Shown here: piece after piece, positions 37,240 to 51,200 of the stretch | How the letters are laid out: the number at the start of each line of letters is the position of its first letter | Numbering within the stretch: position 1 is the first letter of the stretch | NCBI GenBank assembly: GCA_951406725.2 | Contig: OX597819.1 | Coordinates: 62,682,001 to 62,746,000 of the forward strand | Length of the DNA stretch: 64,000 nt | From: Octopus vulgaris | Taxonomy: Eukaryota | Direction: 5' to 3' | Program-made: the position numbers and the translations under genes | Notes under the pieces: generated by a model | The model's input: the letters and a program-made list of their open reading frames with translations, nothing else | The model's database searches: none | What the model was told of the DNA's origin: nothing

Positions 37240-38250
37240 TTTATAAAAGAATCCATTCATAATTTTTGTGTTTATTTGTCTGTGTGGGGTTGAGTGGGTT
37301 TTTGGAGTATATGTTGAGGTTTATATGTATGTATTGGTATGTGTAAGTGGTGTGGGTATTTGTATATGTCGTGGGTGTGTGGTTTACGTGTGTGTATTTG
37401 TGTGTGAATGTTTAGGCTAGGGGATTGCTATATAGGTATGTTATAGAGTTTAGTAAAGGGAGATTTTATCATTATATGTTTTTGTGAGTTTTGGTTTATC
37501 ATGGTAGGTTTGTTAAGGAATTCGTAGTAATTTGTGTATATTTGCGATGTCTGTTGTTTTATTGCATTGTTTCATTCATAATTTTTAAGTAGTGTTCGTT
37601 TTACCAAGTGAATATAATTTTTAATTCCATTTATTCCATTTCTCCGTTCATAATTTTGAGTGATGTCCGTTTTCTAGAGCGTGAATGTGGGTTGTATGTG
37701 TGTGTGTGTGGGAGTATGAATAAGTATTGTGTTGAAGTATTTAGCTATTTTATTTATTTATAGTTGCCTAGACGTTTTTATGTGTATGTATAGGGATATA
37801 TATATAGGTGTGTGGTTTAGTGTATGTAGTTAGATATGGTTATATATAATTAGGTATATGTGTATGGGTGTATATATAGTTTATTATTATATTATTATTA
37901 TTTTTTTGTTTTGTTTTATATTTTATATTTTATATTTTATATTTAATTGTTGATAGGTTTATTTTAGTTTATATATTGTTTATATATTGATTATATATGG
38001 ATTATATATAGGTTATATATGGATTATATATTTATATTTTTTCATTCATACTTTAATTATTTTAAAATTATTATTTGTATATTTTAAAATATTGATATTT
38101 TAGATTGAAGTCCACCTGAAGATTGTCGATCAAGACAAGAAACGATTGTAGTGGCGGTTTTTTTGACTATTTATTAAAATTTTATGTATTGATTAAGTCT
38201 TTCCTTGTTTGTTTTGCAAAATAGTGGTTTCGTCTCTAATAATATTTTAT
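37240..38250. mobile_element. Strongly G/T-skewed ~1-kb putative PLE remnant ending in an HHR and tail at (TA)n
   Basis: Compositional skew, HHR at 38112-38154, and it abuts the truncated mariner. No clear protein motif. Confidence 0.45.
38112..38154 (+). ncRNA. Minimal type-I hammerhead ribozyme motif
   Basis: CCAC [CTGAAGA] TTGTC-GATCAA-GACAA [GAA] AC-GATT-GT A GTGG. Stems I, II and III all pair, the core is intact, and cleavage is predicted after GUA (38150). Confidence 0.8.
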
Positions 38251-38597
38251 ATATATATATATATATATGTACAAAGAAGTATGCGTATACACACATATAC
38301 ACACACACATATATACGTATGTGTGTGTATGTTTGTGTGTGTGTGTGCGTGCGTGCATGGTGCAATGAATTCTCCCGTTGGCTTCGAGCTATGAGTGTCT
38401 TACAGCCAACATCATGCCAGTTAGACTGTCTACACGGACGATTTGCTTTCGGTGGCGAAGCCTTCTTAATTACCAGCCACACCCAGGCTTTTCTATTATA
38501 TGTGTCTACATCTCTCATTGTTTACTTGTTTCTGCCATTAGAGAGTCTAGAAATAAATAGCTCATATTAATAATTATTATTGAAGCCATATATACAC

Positions 38598-38691
<94 letters not shown>

Positions 38692-39189
38692 ATAGACACA
38701 TATGCATGCATACATATATTTACATATGTACGCAGTCTTAAGTGCTTAAGCTCGATACACCGCAAGCATATGATATTGGCTCAGGTCTCACTATTGGTCG
38801 TCCCTGGAGAATCATGTCCGTATAAAATGTCAATTGTTATGACACTGCATTGTATTTAAATGGGAAGAGCTACTTATCAAATAATTCTCGTAAAACTTGC
38901 AAATCATTATCAACAACCAATGCTCATATTCATTATAGAAATTACTTCAATAAAACTTGCGTGAGTAGCTGTGTGGATAAGCGTACAACTGTGTCTGTGC
39001 TTAAGTACGTGCATGTGTGTGTGTGTGTCTGTGTCCATGTATATGGAAGAGTTGTAGCCATTATTTAAACTACGATTAAATAATAGCGAATATTTCTGCA
39101 TGAAAACAATATCGTTGTGATAGCACTTTACAATAAAAAATTATTATCCTCCAATGCGGTGTTGATCATGCATGTATACCTGTATACCG

Positions 39190-39284
<95 letters not shown>

Positions 39285-39285
<1 letters not shown>

Positions 39286-39602
39286 GCTCTCATGTGTTTA
39301 CTTCCTCCCTGCCTGGTGTTACCATGGTCTTTTCTGTAGGCTTTTCTTTCCATGGATGAACCTAATCTTGTTTGTTACTTTGAAAAAAAAAATTCTTTCT
39401 GTGATACACGATCCCTTTTGATCGCTTTTTTTTTTCTTCCGATCCCTTTTGATCGCTTTTCTTTTTCTTCCGATCCCTTTTGATCGAAATTTTACATTTG
39501 TTTTCTTTTCTTCTTCTTTTTCCTTTTCCATCTCCGAAAAGAAAAGCTCTACATTTGTAATTGTCCCCTCTGTGTCCAGCCCTGTGTGGCCAATAAAGAA
39601 AG
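39285..39602 (+). mobile_element. Tx1-like 3' UTR fragment within (TATC)n
   Basis: Aligns with 22456-22680; ends CCCTGTGTGGCCAATAAAGAAAG-TTATCTAT. Confidence 0.85.
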
Positions 39603-39683
39603 TTATCTATTTATCTGCATGTCTCTGCTTCTGTGTCTGTTTGTCCGTCCCTCTGCCTATCTGTCTGTCTTTCTGCCTGTCTG

Positions 39684-39771
<88 letters not shown>

Positions 39772-40513
39772 ACCATCTGTCTATCAATCTATCTGTCCGT
39801 CTCTTTCTCTTTCTCTCCCTCTTATTATCCTTTTAGTAGATACATTCACAAATATATATCCCTGCTGGAGGGACAAAAAAAAAATAAACAGAAAAAAATA
39901 TCCACCATGATTGATTGCATTGACTCTTTTACGTATTATTTCCTGTTTGCTTGATCGCTCTTGGTAGGATAAAAGCTGAGATGAAGAACCAAGCGAAATT
40001 TGAACACACCACACTAAGTAACGTACCTAATTAATACAAAACACAAAGTATCTTGCTCAATGCTCTACAGAATTATCCGATATCATATTGACTTCGTTGT
40101 TTTCTGTTTTATTCCTGTGGTTGTCCCTCATTTTGCAGCTTCTGATGTTGCCTTTGCTCGTACGAACGCTTTGTTGTCAACTATTTTTGATAATGCCGTC
40201 ATACTGGTTTTTCGCTATTAATTGCAGTTGTTGTTGTCGATGTGGTTCATATTGTAGTTGTTGTTTTCGCTTTCATTGTTGTTGTTGTTGTTATAAGTGA
40301 TAATTATGATGATGATGCGGCCGTTGTTGTTGCTACCGTTTTGACTTCTATTTTCATTACACCTGCTTGCACTTGCGGGTTGATGTTAATGAATGAAATT
40401 GCTATTGCTGTTGTTGTCGTTGCTATTGTCTTCCGTGTTGTTATTTTTGCTGACCAGTTTTTTGTTGTTATTTTTGTTTCATAATACACTATATTCTATT
40501 TTTTGTTGCTTTA

Positions 40514-40613
<100 letters not shown>

Positions 40614-41054
40614 CTTTCTCTTGCTGCTATCGCTTCTATTGTTGTATATTTTGTTGAAGATGCCTATTGTTTCTTATTGATGTTTCACTTGTTACTATCG
40701 TCATTGTTGTTGTTGCTGTTGTTGATGCTGCACTTGATATTGTTGTAGATCACAAAAAAAAAAAAAAATAATAAAATCGAAAATAACAAAATAAACGAAA
40801 GCAACCAGGAGTTTATTGTAGTGCAGCGGAGCGGAACACAACTTTCGTTTTGTTATGTAGTTGATCCCTTCCGGTTGGAGCGCAACAGTTAAAATCGAAA
40901 ACAAACTGCAAGAAAAAAACAACGACATAGAAATGAAATAAAATGCAATAAAATAAAATAAAATGTACATATACAATAAAAGTACATAAAAATACAGGAA
41001 ATCAATCAGGCCTCTAAATCTTTACACATTCTGGCTACGCTATTGATATATAAG

Positions 41055-41985
<931 letters not shown>

Positions 41986-42084
41986 GCGTATTTGTCTGTC
42001 TGCAGACAAATATACGTGTTTGTATGTGTGTGTGCGTGCGTGTTTGTGTGTGTGTGTGTGTTTGTGTGAGTTTCGGTTTGTTTA

Positions 42085-42625
42085 TATTCTTTTACTCTTT
42101 TAACTTTCTTAGTCATTTGACTGGGGCCATGCTGGAGCACCAACTTAAAGGGTTTTTAATCGAAGAAATCGCTCTCCGCGACTTATTCTTTGTAAGCCTA
42201 GTAATTATTTTATCGGTGGAACCGCTAAGTTATGTGGACATAAACACACCAACACTGTTGTCAACCAATGATGGCGGAGAAAGACATATTCAGACACACA
42301 CATCCATATACTCACACACACACATATATATACGCACGACTCACAAGACCTAGGTCGGTGAGAGGCTATAGGAGATGAAAGTAGCCAGAACCATGTGTTT
42401 GGGAAGCAAGCATCCTACCATGTATTTATATATTGCTTACAAATTTTGGCACAAGAGTAGCAATTACATCACCCTTAGTGCTCAAGTGGTACTGATTATA
42501 TCTACTCCTAAAAGGGTGAAAGACAAAGACGACCTCGGCGGAATTTGAGCTCAGAACACATAGACGGACCAAATGCCGCTGAGCAATTTTTCCGGCATGC
42601 CAACGATTCGAATACCTCACCGCCT
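42085..42625 (-). mobile_element. Decayed SINE family C (42085-42420) and family B (42440-42625) copies
   Basis: GCCATGCTGGAGCACC; GACCTCGGCGGAATTTGAGCTCAGAAC. Confidence 0.7.
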
Positions 42626-42642
42626 TTTTTCATATGTATATG

Positions 42643-43006
42643 CAGCACAAGTTTAATTCGTTCCATGACCGAGCTCTTCTTACTTTTTACAATTCAATAT
42701 ACCCATTAAAATTAACTAAAATATTATTAATCTGTTCCAGTCTCTAAGAGACACTAAAAAATAATTTTTTATGGGTTTTAAAACAGAATGGGTTTAGTTA
42801 CAAGTAAAATTACAATTATGAAAAAAAGAGGATACAAAAAAAATATGTAAATTGGTTTTATAAACTTAATTATCTTAAAGATGGAACAATTAGTGTACTC
42901 GTACTGCGGATTTTTGCTCGTACTTTAAGACAAAAATTCGCACGGATCTCAGGTCGTAGAGCAAATTACTCGTACAATGGGGCACTTGTATTGCGAGGTT
43001 CTACTG
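42643..43006. mobile_element. Possible Tigger-like MITE remnant
   Basis: Right end CGAGGTTCTACTG, repeated CTCGTA subterminal motifs, and TTAATTCGTTCC near the left end. Left TIR not recognisable. Confidence 0.4.
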
Positions 43007-43220
43007 TGTTAATATGTAACACAAAAGAAGTGAAAAATCTATGTATGTGCCTAAGTCTTTCCATAATGACGGACGAATTTTGATGCATTTGTGTCTCGAC
43101 ACACTTTCACATTCGTACTGATAATTCGTATATGCGTATTTGCATACATGCATTGATGCACACATACATGCATGCATACATACATACATACATACATACA
43201 TACATACATACATACATACA

Positions 43221-43253
<33 letters not shown>

Positions 43254-43810
43254 TCACTATATGCCAATACAAATACATATGCATACATACAGACAAATAT
43301 ATGTATATGCTTAAATATATACATACGTATATACTGATGAACATTCAAATATATATGTAGAGGTAGTTACATACATGCATGCATGTACACATACACACAT
43401 AAATACATACATACATACATACATACATAATATATGCATGCATGCATGTATGCATACATACATACATACGTACATACATACACACATACATACATACATA
43501 CATACATACATACATACATACATACATACATACATACATACATACATACAGATAGACAGCAGAGTATACCATTTAGTTAATTGCATACAAACACGTATAT
43601 TCCCTTGTTATAAATCTATATTGTTATCTGTATTGATTAATATGTATTCCTATTGCTTCCGCTTACACTAAACAATCTTTTTCTCTCTCTAACTCGCCCT
43701 TTCTCTCACTCTCTATCTTTTTGTCAACCTTTCTATATATGTATGATGAGTATTTATAAGCGTATATATATATATTGTACAGTCTTGTACATATATATAT
43801 ATATATATTT

Positions 43811-43917
<107 letters not shown>

Positions 43918-43974
43918 TGTGTATGTGTGTGTGTGTGTGAGAGAGAGTGTGTGTGTAAAAATAGAAGTAATATA

Positions 43975-44467
43975 TTTCTAAATCTCTGACAGAGATTTAT
44001 GGAGTAGCAGCACGATAAAGTGATAGTATGCTGTCGACTTAATGTGACAGTTCCATGAAAGGGAAGAATGCTATTGTTATTTAGCCCTAGGAAATGCCGT
44101 TTCTTGTTGGATTGTTGGACACATTTCCTGTCTCCTTATGTTTACAAAGGGGAGATAAACACTTCCACCCAGTAAAGCCAGCACTCAGAGACTAGTTTCA
44201 GACTCCTTGCTCCTCATCAGTCTGGATAGCATGGCTTGCTAGCTGTCGATGCCTATCCGCCTTTGAAAACATATATTTCAAGTGAAATACATTCACTGAT
44301 TTTTGAAGATAGGAATAATATATCCTGGATGCTGGCTTTGCTGGGTGGAAGTGCTTATCTCCACGTTGAAAACCTAAGGGCACAAGAAATGTGTGAAGTC
44401 GAACAAGAAACGGTGTTTCCCAGGGTTAAATAACAGTAGCATTCTTCCCTTTTAAGTTGGCAGCATA
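43975..44467 (-). mobile_element. Asymmetric fold-back insertion, PLE-like family P1, carrying an HHR
   Basis: Inverted arms about 44027-44183 / 44330-44467; unpaired tail 43975-44026 with hairpin AATCTCT-GAC-AGAGATT. Colinear with the reverse complement of 5183-5345. Confidence 0.75.
44186..44224 (-). ncRNA. Minimal type-I hammerhead ribozyme motif
   Basis: Minus strand reads CAGA [CTGATGA] GGA-GCAAGGAG-TCT [GAA] ACTAGT C TCTG: perfect stem I, palindromic stem III, GUC triplet, and stem II closed by a G-U pair. Confidence 0.8.
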
Positions 44468-44468
44468 A

Positions 44469-44519
<51 letters not shown>

Positions 44520-45236
44520 TACACACACGTAAATGAGAGTCGGTCAAAAACCTTGAAGAATGCGGTTCAAAGCTTACCCACAGATTTTGACTACCTTCAT
44601 TATACAGTGGCAATGCTCTTGGTACAGGATATACATCAGGAATTACATAGTATCTATAGAATTAATTGTTTCGACACATTTTTACGTACATTGGTAAAAT
44701 GTTCTGGTTTCATACACATAAAGTGCTTAGCCGTTTAGGTGACTCGTCAAATTCTAATGATGTAAGCTTTGTTTGGCAGAGAGGGCAAAAATCCTAAAAA
44801 CTCGCTCGGGCCGGGGACTTTTGAAAATTTCAGGAAAAAGTATTCAGTCAATGCTCTCATTGAAAACGTTTGCTACTTCAGACTTGGAATTCCCCATTTG
44901 TTGAATAGTCTCGCGAAAACTGCTTCGAATATCACCACGGCCGTTGACGATGTAAGGGGAATAACCCCCATCCAACGAGCTGATCGTTACGTATTTCTTC
45001 CTCCACTTGTAGAGAGGTTATACACCTTCATCCATTTAGGCAGGACGCATTACCTATACTAATAAGGTGTTAAATCAATTGTCACTCTATGATTGGCCAT
45101 AACGTCTAACTTCCTAAAAATATATTGCTGCGCTAATATTTTAGAGAGTGCTTTTTTACGGATTTATGAATACTAACGATATTTACATGTGCGTGCGTGC
45201 ATGCATGAGTGCGAGTATGCGTGCGTGTATATATGC

Positions 45237-45275
<39 letters not shown>

Positions 45276-45622
45276 GTGAAGGCGCATGGCTCAGTGGTTA
45301 GAGCGTCGAGCTTACGATCGTGAGGTTGTGAGCTCGAATCCCGGACCGGGCTGCGTGTTGTGTTCTTGAGCAAGGCACTTTATTTCACGTTGCTCCAGTT
45401 CACTCAGCTGTAGAAATGAGTTGCGACGTCATGGGTGCCAAACTGTATCGACCTTTGTCTTTCCCTTGGATAACACTGGTGGCGTGGAGAGGGGAGGCTG
45501 GTATGCATGGGCGACTGCTGGCCTTCCATAAACAACCTTGCCCGGACTTGTGTCTAGGAGGGTAACTTTCTAGGTGCAATCCCATGGTCATTCATGACCG
45601 ATGGGGGTCTTTACTTTACTTT
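45276..45622 (+). mobile_element. Best-preserved SINE family A copy (tRNA head plus CORE-like domain)
   Basis: A-box TGGCTCAGTGG, B-box GAGCTCGAATCC, central domain resembling the MIR/CORE consensus, (CTTTA)n tail, and probable TSD TATATACATA (45266-45275 / 45623-45632). Confidence 0.85.
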
Positions 45623-45632
45623 TATATACATA

Positions 45633-46670
45633 ACGTCGACGTCGGCTCATTATCGTGTGTCCGATAATTTGGCTTCTTCCTTACTGCTTCCTCCCCTCTG
45701 TCTGTGTTTATGCCTCTGATGACTAATGAGGCCGATTCTTACATGGATGTGTCTATTGCAAAATTTACAAAGGATCCGTGGTGGATGCTTTGCTTGCTGC
45801 AGCCTCCATTTTACTTCTTGTTGTTTCTCTTCTCTTTTCCTCTGTCATTCAGCTTCAAAATGATCTGTCACAGTGGAGATGTAATGACAACAGCCGGGTC
45901 TGTCCTGAGCTTCAATGACCCAGTCTTTGGGATCGATTGCAGTCAGTTTTAGGATTTGCTTCAGATGGTCCTCTTATCTACGGTGGGGACAGCCACAGAG
46001 TCTTCTGTTGGAAAAGTTCACCATATAAAAAATTTGACGAGGCAGCTCGGTTTCTTTCATTTTTGCTACGTGGCCCGCTCATCTCAGACGATGTTTCAGG
46101 ATGGTGGCTTTGATGCTGCTGCTTTTCGTTCTTTCCAAAACGGAGATATCGGTCACATAATCATGACTATCGGTCGCATATTCATTGATATTCGTAATAG
46201 AGCGGAGCTTCTGTTGGTGAAATCGCTCTAGGGTTTTGATGTTACTTCGGTAAAGAGTCCAGATTTCACAACCGTAGAGGAGAGTAGAGATCACGACTGC
46301 TTGTTAGACACGCAATTATGTTTTGTGGTTCAGATCTATGTTCTTAAAAATCCTTTTCGCGAGTCCACCAAACGCAGTGTGAACTGCTCTTAATCGGTTC
46401 GCCACGTCCTTTTCCGATGTGCACTTATTCGAAAGCAAATTTGCTAGGTATGAAAAGTGCTTGATTTTCTCCAGTGGCGTCTCTGAGATGGTAATGTTGA
46501 GGTCTGGATTTCCCTGGCTTAGAACGGGTTGTGCCAGAACTTTTGTCTTTTAGGCCCAACTGAGTGTAAGCATTGGTGAAGTTATTCACCGATTATCGAA
46601 ACTGTTTACCAGTGTGGCAGACTGCTGCATTATCATCAGCACACTGGAGTTCAGTGACTTTTTGCTTCCT
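45633..46670 (-). mobile_element. 5'-truncated RTE-clade LINE
   Basis: ELQCADDNA (YADD equivalent), ISTLLYGCEIWT..LERFHQQKLRSI, RLR*AGHV, AQDR and a C-terminal C2H2 finger CKFCNRHIHVRIGLISHQRHKH. Confidence 0.9.
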
Positions 46671-47303
46671 GTAAAGTTTAAAGGTAAGATCCAAGGATCG
46701 TGGTGTAGGAAGAAAATGAGCTTGACGCGATCTGTACAAAATTTAAAAAACAACTTTCGGGGATAATAGTGCCTTATTGGTGTTAAAGGTTGTAAATCTT
46801 CCCTGTATCGAATTACGTTAAGCTGAAAAAAATATCTTATAGTTCATGATTGACAACCAAGTTTGCCGGGTATGCAAATAAAAATCTGAAGTTAAGGAAT
46901 AGAATGCTTTCTCGCATTCTAATCGAAGCCTACGTGTGTTAACATGGGCCTTCTAACGACAAAGTATACTTCATATATTCAAGATGCCCTTGGTCTGAAG
47001 AGTAGCCTGAGGTGTACACCTCGTTTCGATAATTACTACCTCCGAGGTTCCGCTCACTTTGAAACATATGTAGCTCAAATTTTACCTGCTCCATTTAATT
47101 TAGGTAAGTCAATGAATCTAGTTTCGTATTGAAGCCGAAGGTGGATTCATAGAACAATCGTATCGAGTACTTGTGCTCAAATATTTATTAAAATATATTT
47201 GGCTCTTTTTTCAACTAGTGTGTTTTTTAAATTACCAAAGATATGTCCTCAAACACCTCTCGCAGCCTGTATGTGTTTGCATACGTATATATATGTATGT
47301 GAT

Positions 47304-47648
47304 AAAATCTCTGTCAGATTTGAAAGCAGTATTTATATTGGGAAGTAATGTTTATCGCCACCTAAACGTAAGTGCTCTATAGGATCAGGTGATGCTGTTA
47401 TTTCAACCCCAGGAGGATACCTCCTCCAGTTAGTTATTCAGTGCGCTTCACACTCGATATATATTGTAAGCGTGGAGAGAACTCCCTCCTACTTTTATAA
47501 CTCGGAGACCACCATACGACGTGGCGCTTTGCACTGTCGAGTGCAAAGCGCACTCATTAACCAACTGGAAGAGGCATCCTCCAGGATTTAAAATGGCAGT
47601 ATCGTCTGTTCTTACAGAACACCCACTTTTAGGTGGCGATAAACGTTA

Positions 47649-47651
<3 letters not shown>
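47304..47651 (-). mobile_element. Asymmetric fold-back insertion distantly related to family P1
   Basis: Arms 47343-47459 / 47535-47651; tail 47304-47342 starts with hairpin AAATCT-CTGTC-AGATTT. Shares GATGCTGTTATTTCAACCCCAGGA...CTCCAGTT with the P1 arms. Confidence 0.65.
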
Positions 47652-47704
<53 letters not shown>

Positions 47705-47932
47705 TTTAACATCTTTTGACAGTTTAATTCAAAACACGTGTTTTCATCTCCATTTTATTTCTCTCATTGTCTGTCCATTCTGCAGATGACCGGAAGCCCA
47801 AAACGTTATCTAATTCTATTTTTGCTGGGCGTTAGACTAATACAACTTGTTCTTTCACCCTGTCTTTGAATATTGTTTTGTATTCTTAAACGTTAAATAT
47901 CTATATACAAATGTGCACGCACCTATACATAT

Positions 47933-48010
<78 letters not shown>

Positions 48011-48075
48011 ATATGTATATATATGTGTATATACCTATCTATATTTATGTGTATATATACATATATAGATATAGG

Positions 48076-48119
<44 letters not shown>

Positions 48120-48496
48120 CATACATGCATACAACACAGGCAGGTTGCGAGAGGTATTTCAGGACACACTTGGTATTTTAAAAAAAACAACACTAGTTAA
48201 GCAAAAAACAAAAAATGTATTTTAATAAAAAATGGTCTGCACGCCTTTGAATCTTGAATCTATGTGTTCTCCAGATGAAACACCTTCGAAGTTGTAAGTA
48301 ACCTTTGAAATATAGAATAAAACACTTCGCCATCAAACGTGTTGAGTCATTTTTTCATTGGAACACATCTTATCATAACTGTCAGCTTACCAGTATTACA
48401 CACACACTCACGCAGGCGCGCACACACACGCGCGCATACACACACGCACACACACACATACATGTGTGCGTGTATGTACGTATGTATCTACGCATG

Positions 48497-48554
<58 letters not shown>

Positions 48555-48659
48555 TACGTATTTATATATTTATATGTATGCACACACACGCACACACATG
48601 CACACATGCACTTTCACTCACACACACACTTATATATATGTACGTTTATGTATTTGTGT

Positions 48660-49138
48660 TGCAAATTCCTGATTTGAAACAGTGTGTTGAAACAGATATT
48701 GTTGCATTTCGGGATATTCGTTTTTTGTTTTTTTCTCAAATAAACGCATACACTGTATATTCGTTCTTTATTCTAACTCATGTCTATTGTCCGAAAATAT
48801 TTTGTCACGCATCTGTGACCTCCTCAGCGACACCTTCCATCTTCGTGTGTGCTTTTGCTCTGCTTATTCCATTCTATTCTTTTATAAAGTGTATCCCTAT
48901 ATGTGCATGCGTCTGCGTTTGTGTGTATGAGTATACCTGTGTATGTGTATGTGAGCAAGAAAACACACGAAGACGAAAGTGTCGCTGAGGGGTCACAGAT
49001 GTGTGACGAAATGTTTTCGGAAAATGAACAGGTGTTAGAATGGGAACAGTAATAAACGGATGAAGAACGAATATATATAGTGCATGAGTTTATTTGGCAA
49101 AAAAAGGAAACGAACAATGACCATCACAAAATACAACA

Positions 49139-49140
<2 letters not shown>
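48660..49140 (-). mobile_element. Asymmetric fold-back insertion with an HHR-like motif in both arms
   Basis: Arms 48698-48860 / 48953-49140. Motif CTGAGG(A)G-GTCAC-AGATGY-GTGAC-(G/A)AAA at 48791-48831 (-) and 48981-49020 (+). Confidence 0.6.
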
Positions 49141-49230
<90 letters not shown>

Positions 49231-49374
49231 CCCCTTTTACGATCCCTCTTGATCGAAAACCTACGCCACCCCTTTTTTTTCTTTTGTTTTTTGTTCTCTT
49301 CATCCCCCAAAAGAAAAGCTATACCTTGTAACTTGTTCCATCTGTGTGCAGCCCTGTGTGGCCAATAAAGAAAC
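49231..49374 (+). mobile_element. Tx1-like 3' UTR fragment within (TATC)n
   Basis: Ends CAGCCCTGTGTGGCCAATAAAGAAAC-TTATCTATC, with (TATC)n on both sides. Confidence 0.85.
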
Positions 49375-49459
<85 letters not shown>

Positions 49460-49460
49460 A

Positions 49461-49521
<61 letters not shown>

Positions 49522-49655
49522 CATATATACATATATATATGTAAATTATTTCAGAACGAACCCTGCAGTATTGTTGTTTACTACATACATTCTCTGATCT
49601 CTGTAATATAGTATAACATACTATAGTATATAATATAATAATGTGATATGGCAAT

Positions 49656-49725
<70 letters not shown>

Positions 49726-49727
<2 letters not shown>

Positions 49728-49890
49728 CACAGGAGTGGCTGTGTGGTAAGTAGCTTGCTAATCAGCCACATGGTTCCGGGTTCAGTCCCACTGCGTGGCA
49801 TCTTGGACAAGTGTCTTCTGCTATAGCCCCGGGCCGACCAATGCCTTGTGAGTGGATTTGGTAGACGGAAACTGAAAGAAGCCTGTCGTA

Positions 49891-49936
<46 letters not shown>

Positions 49937-50165
49937 GGGGGGTGTATGTGTTTGTGTGTATGTGTTTGTGTGTATGTGTTTGTCCCCCTAGCATTGCTTG
50001 ACAACCAATGCTGGTGTGTTTATGTCCCCGTCACTTAGCGGTTCGGCAAAAGAAACCGATAGAATAAGAACTGGGTTTACAAAGAATAAGTCCCGGGGTG
50101 CAAAGAATAAGGCGGTGCTCCAGCATGGCCGCAGTCAAATGACTGAAACAAGTAAAAGAGTAAAA
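49726..50165 (+). mobile_element. Near-complete SINE family C copy
   Basis: A-box TGGCTGTGTGG, B-box GGTTCAGTCCC, internal (TA)n(TG)n, and tail GGCGGTGCTCCAGCATGGCCGCAGTCAAATGACTGAAACAAGTAAAAGAG. Confidence 0.85.
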
Positions 50166-50169
50166 AAAA

Positions 50170-50238
<69 letters not shown>

Positions 50239-50511
50239 TATAGATAATAGATATACACACACAGAGCTGGGAGTAAATCTGTTGTTGGCATCGTCGTTAA
50301 TCGGAGCAAAAGCATGACAACAGCACACAGGAAGACAAAAGTTAATTAACGAAGTTAAGATTCACGTTAACGATTTAAATTTTACGTAAACTTTGAAAAT
50401 CATTTCGTTATATTTAGCTCAGGTTAACTCAAGCCCGTTTACCCCAGAATTGCATAAAAACCGGTAAACCTTTAAATGTTTGTATTGCTTTCATATTATC
50501 TTAGCATATTC

Positions 50512-50583
<72 letters not shown>

Positions 50584-50588
<5 letters not shown>

Positions 50589-50940
50589 TGCAGCGTGGAA
50601 GGTGTTTATAAGCCATTTAAGAAACACACAAAAGCTGTTCGATTCACTTCAACATTTAAGTTTAATTTGTCAAAATATTTTCGTCGCTAAAATCCGCGAC
50701 CTAAGCCATTTAAGAAACACACAAAAGCCGTTCGATTCACTTCAACATTTAAGTTTAATTTGTTCACAGGTCGCGGATTTTAGCGACGAAAATATTTTGA
50801 CAAATTAAACTTAAATGTTGAAGTGAATCGAACGGCTTTTGTGTGTTTCTTAAATGGCTTATAAACACCTTCCACGCTGCAATTGTTTTCGTTTCAGCAC
50901 ACGATCTCAGATCAAATTACTTGCTATGCGAGTACATCTC

Positions 50941-50945
<5 letters not shown>
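50584..50945 (+). mobile_element. Young fold-back insertion (PLE-like) in (TA)n
   Basis: 119-bp arms 50584-50702 / 50768-50886 with one visible mismatch. Spacer 50703-50763 is a direct copy of part of the left arm. Unpaired tail 50887-50945. Confidence 0.8.
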
Positions 50946-50959
<14 letters not shown>

Positions 50960-50973
<14 letters not shown>

Positions 50974-51200
50974 AAATCCTGTTTGTGTGTGAGTTTGTTT
51001 CCTCTATGCGCGGCCAAACCACTGGATCAATTTGTACCAAATTTGGCACGAAAGTTATTCATTACTCGGGGAAATTGTAGGGGGTGTGTGTAATTTTGTC
51101 TCTTGCCTATATAGGGGGCTATAGCCCCACTAAAAGGCTCTTCTGATTTTTTCAGCGCTATGATAGATTCACTTTTATAACGCTATATTTTCACTTTTAT
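50960..51200 (+). mobile_element. Possible Helitron-like 5' region
   Basis: TATATAAAA start followed by ..CAATTTGTACCAAATTTGGCAC.., paralleling 27849-27940. No 3' hairpin or CTAG located. Confidence 0.35.

Noticed and set aside
44769-45062. 97-aa ORF, and a minus-strand LYKWRKKY... peptide faintly like a Tc1 N-terminus
   Set aside because: Similarity is too weak and there is no TIR or catalytic motif to support a call.
45281-45350. tRNA-like sequences (also at 30956, 49726 and 62891)
   Set aside because: A/B boxes are present but I could not build a complete cloverleaf, and each runs into a repeat body; these are SINE heads, not tRNA genes.
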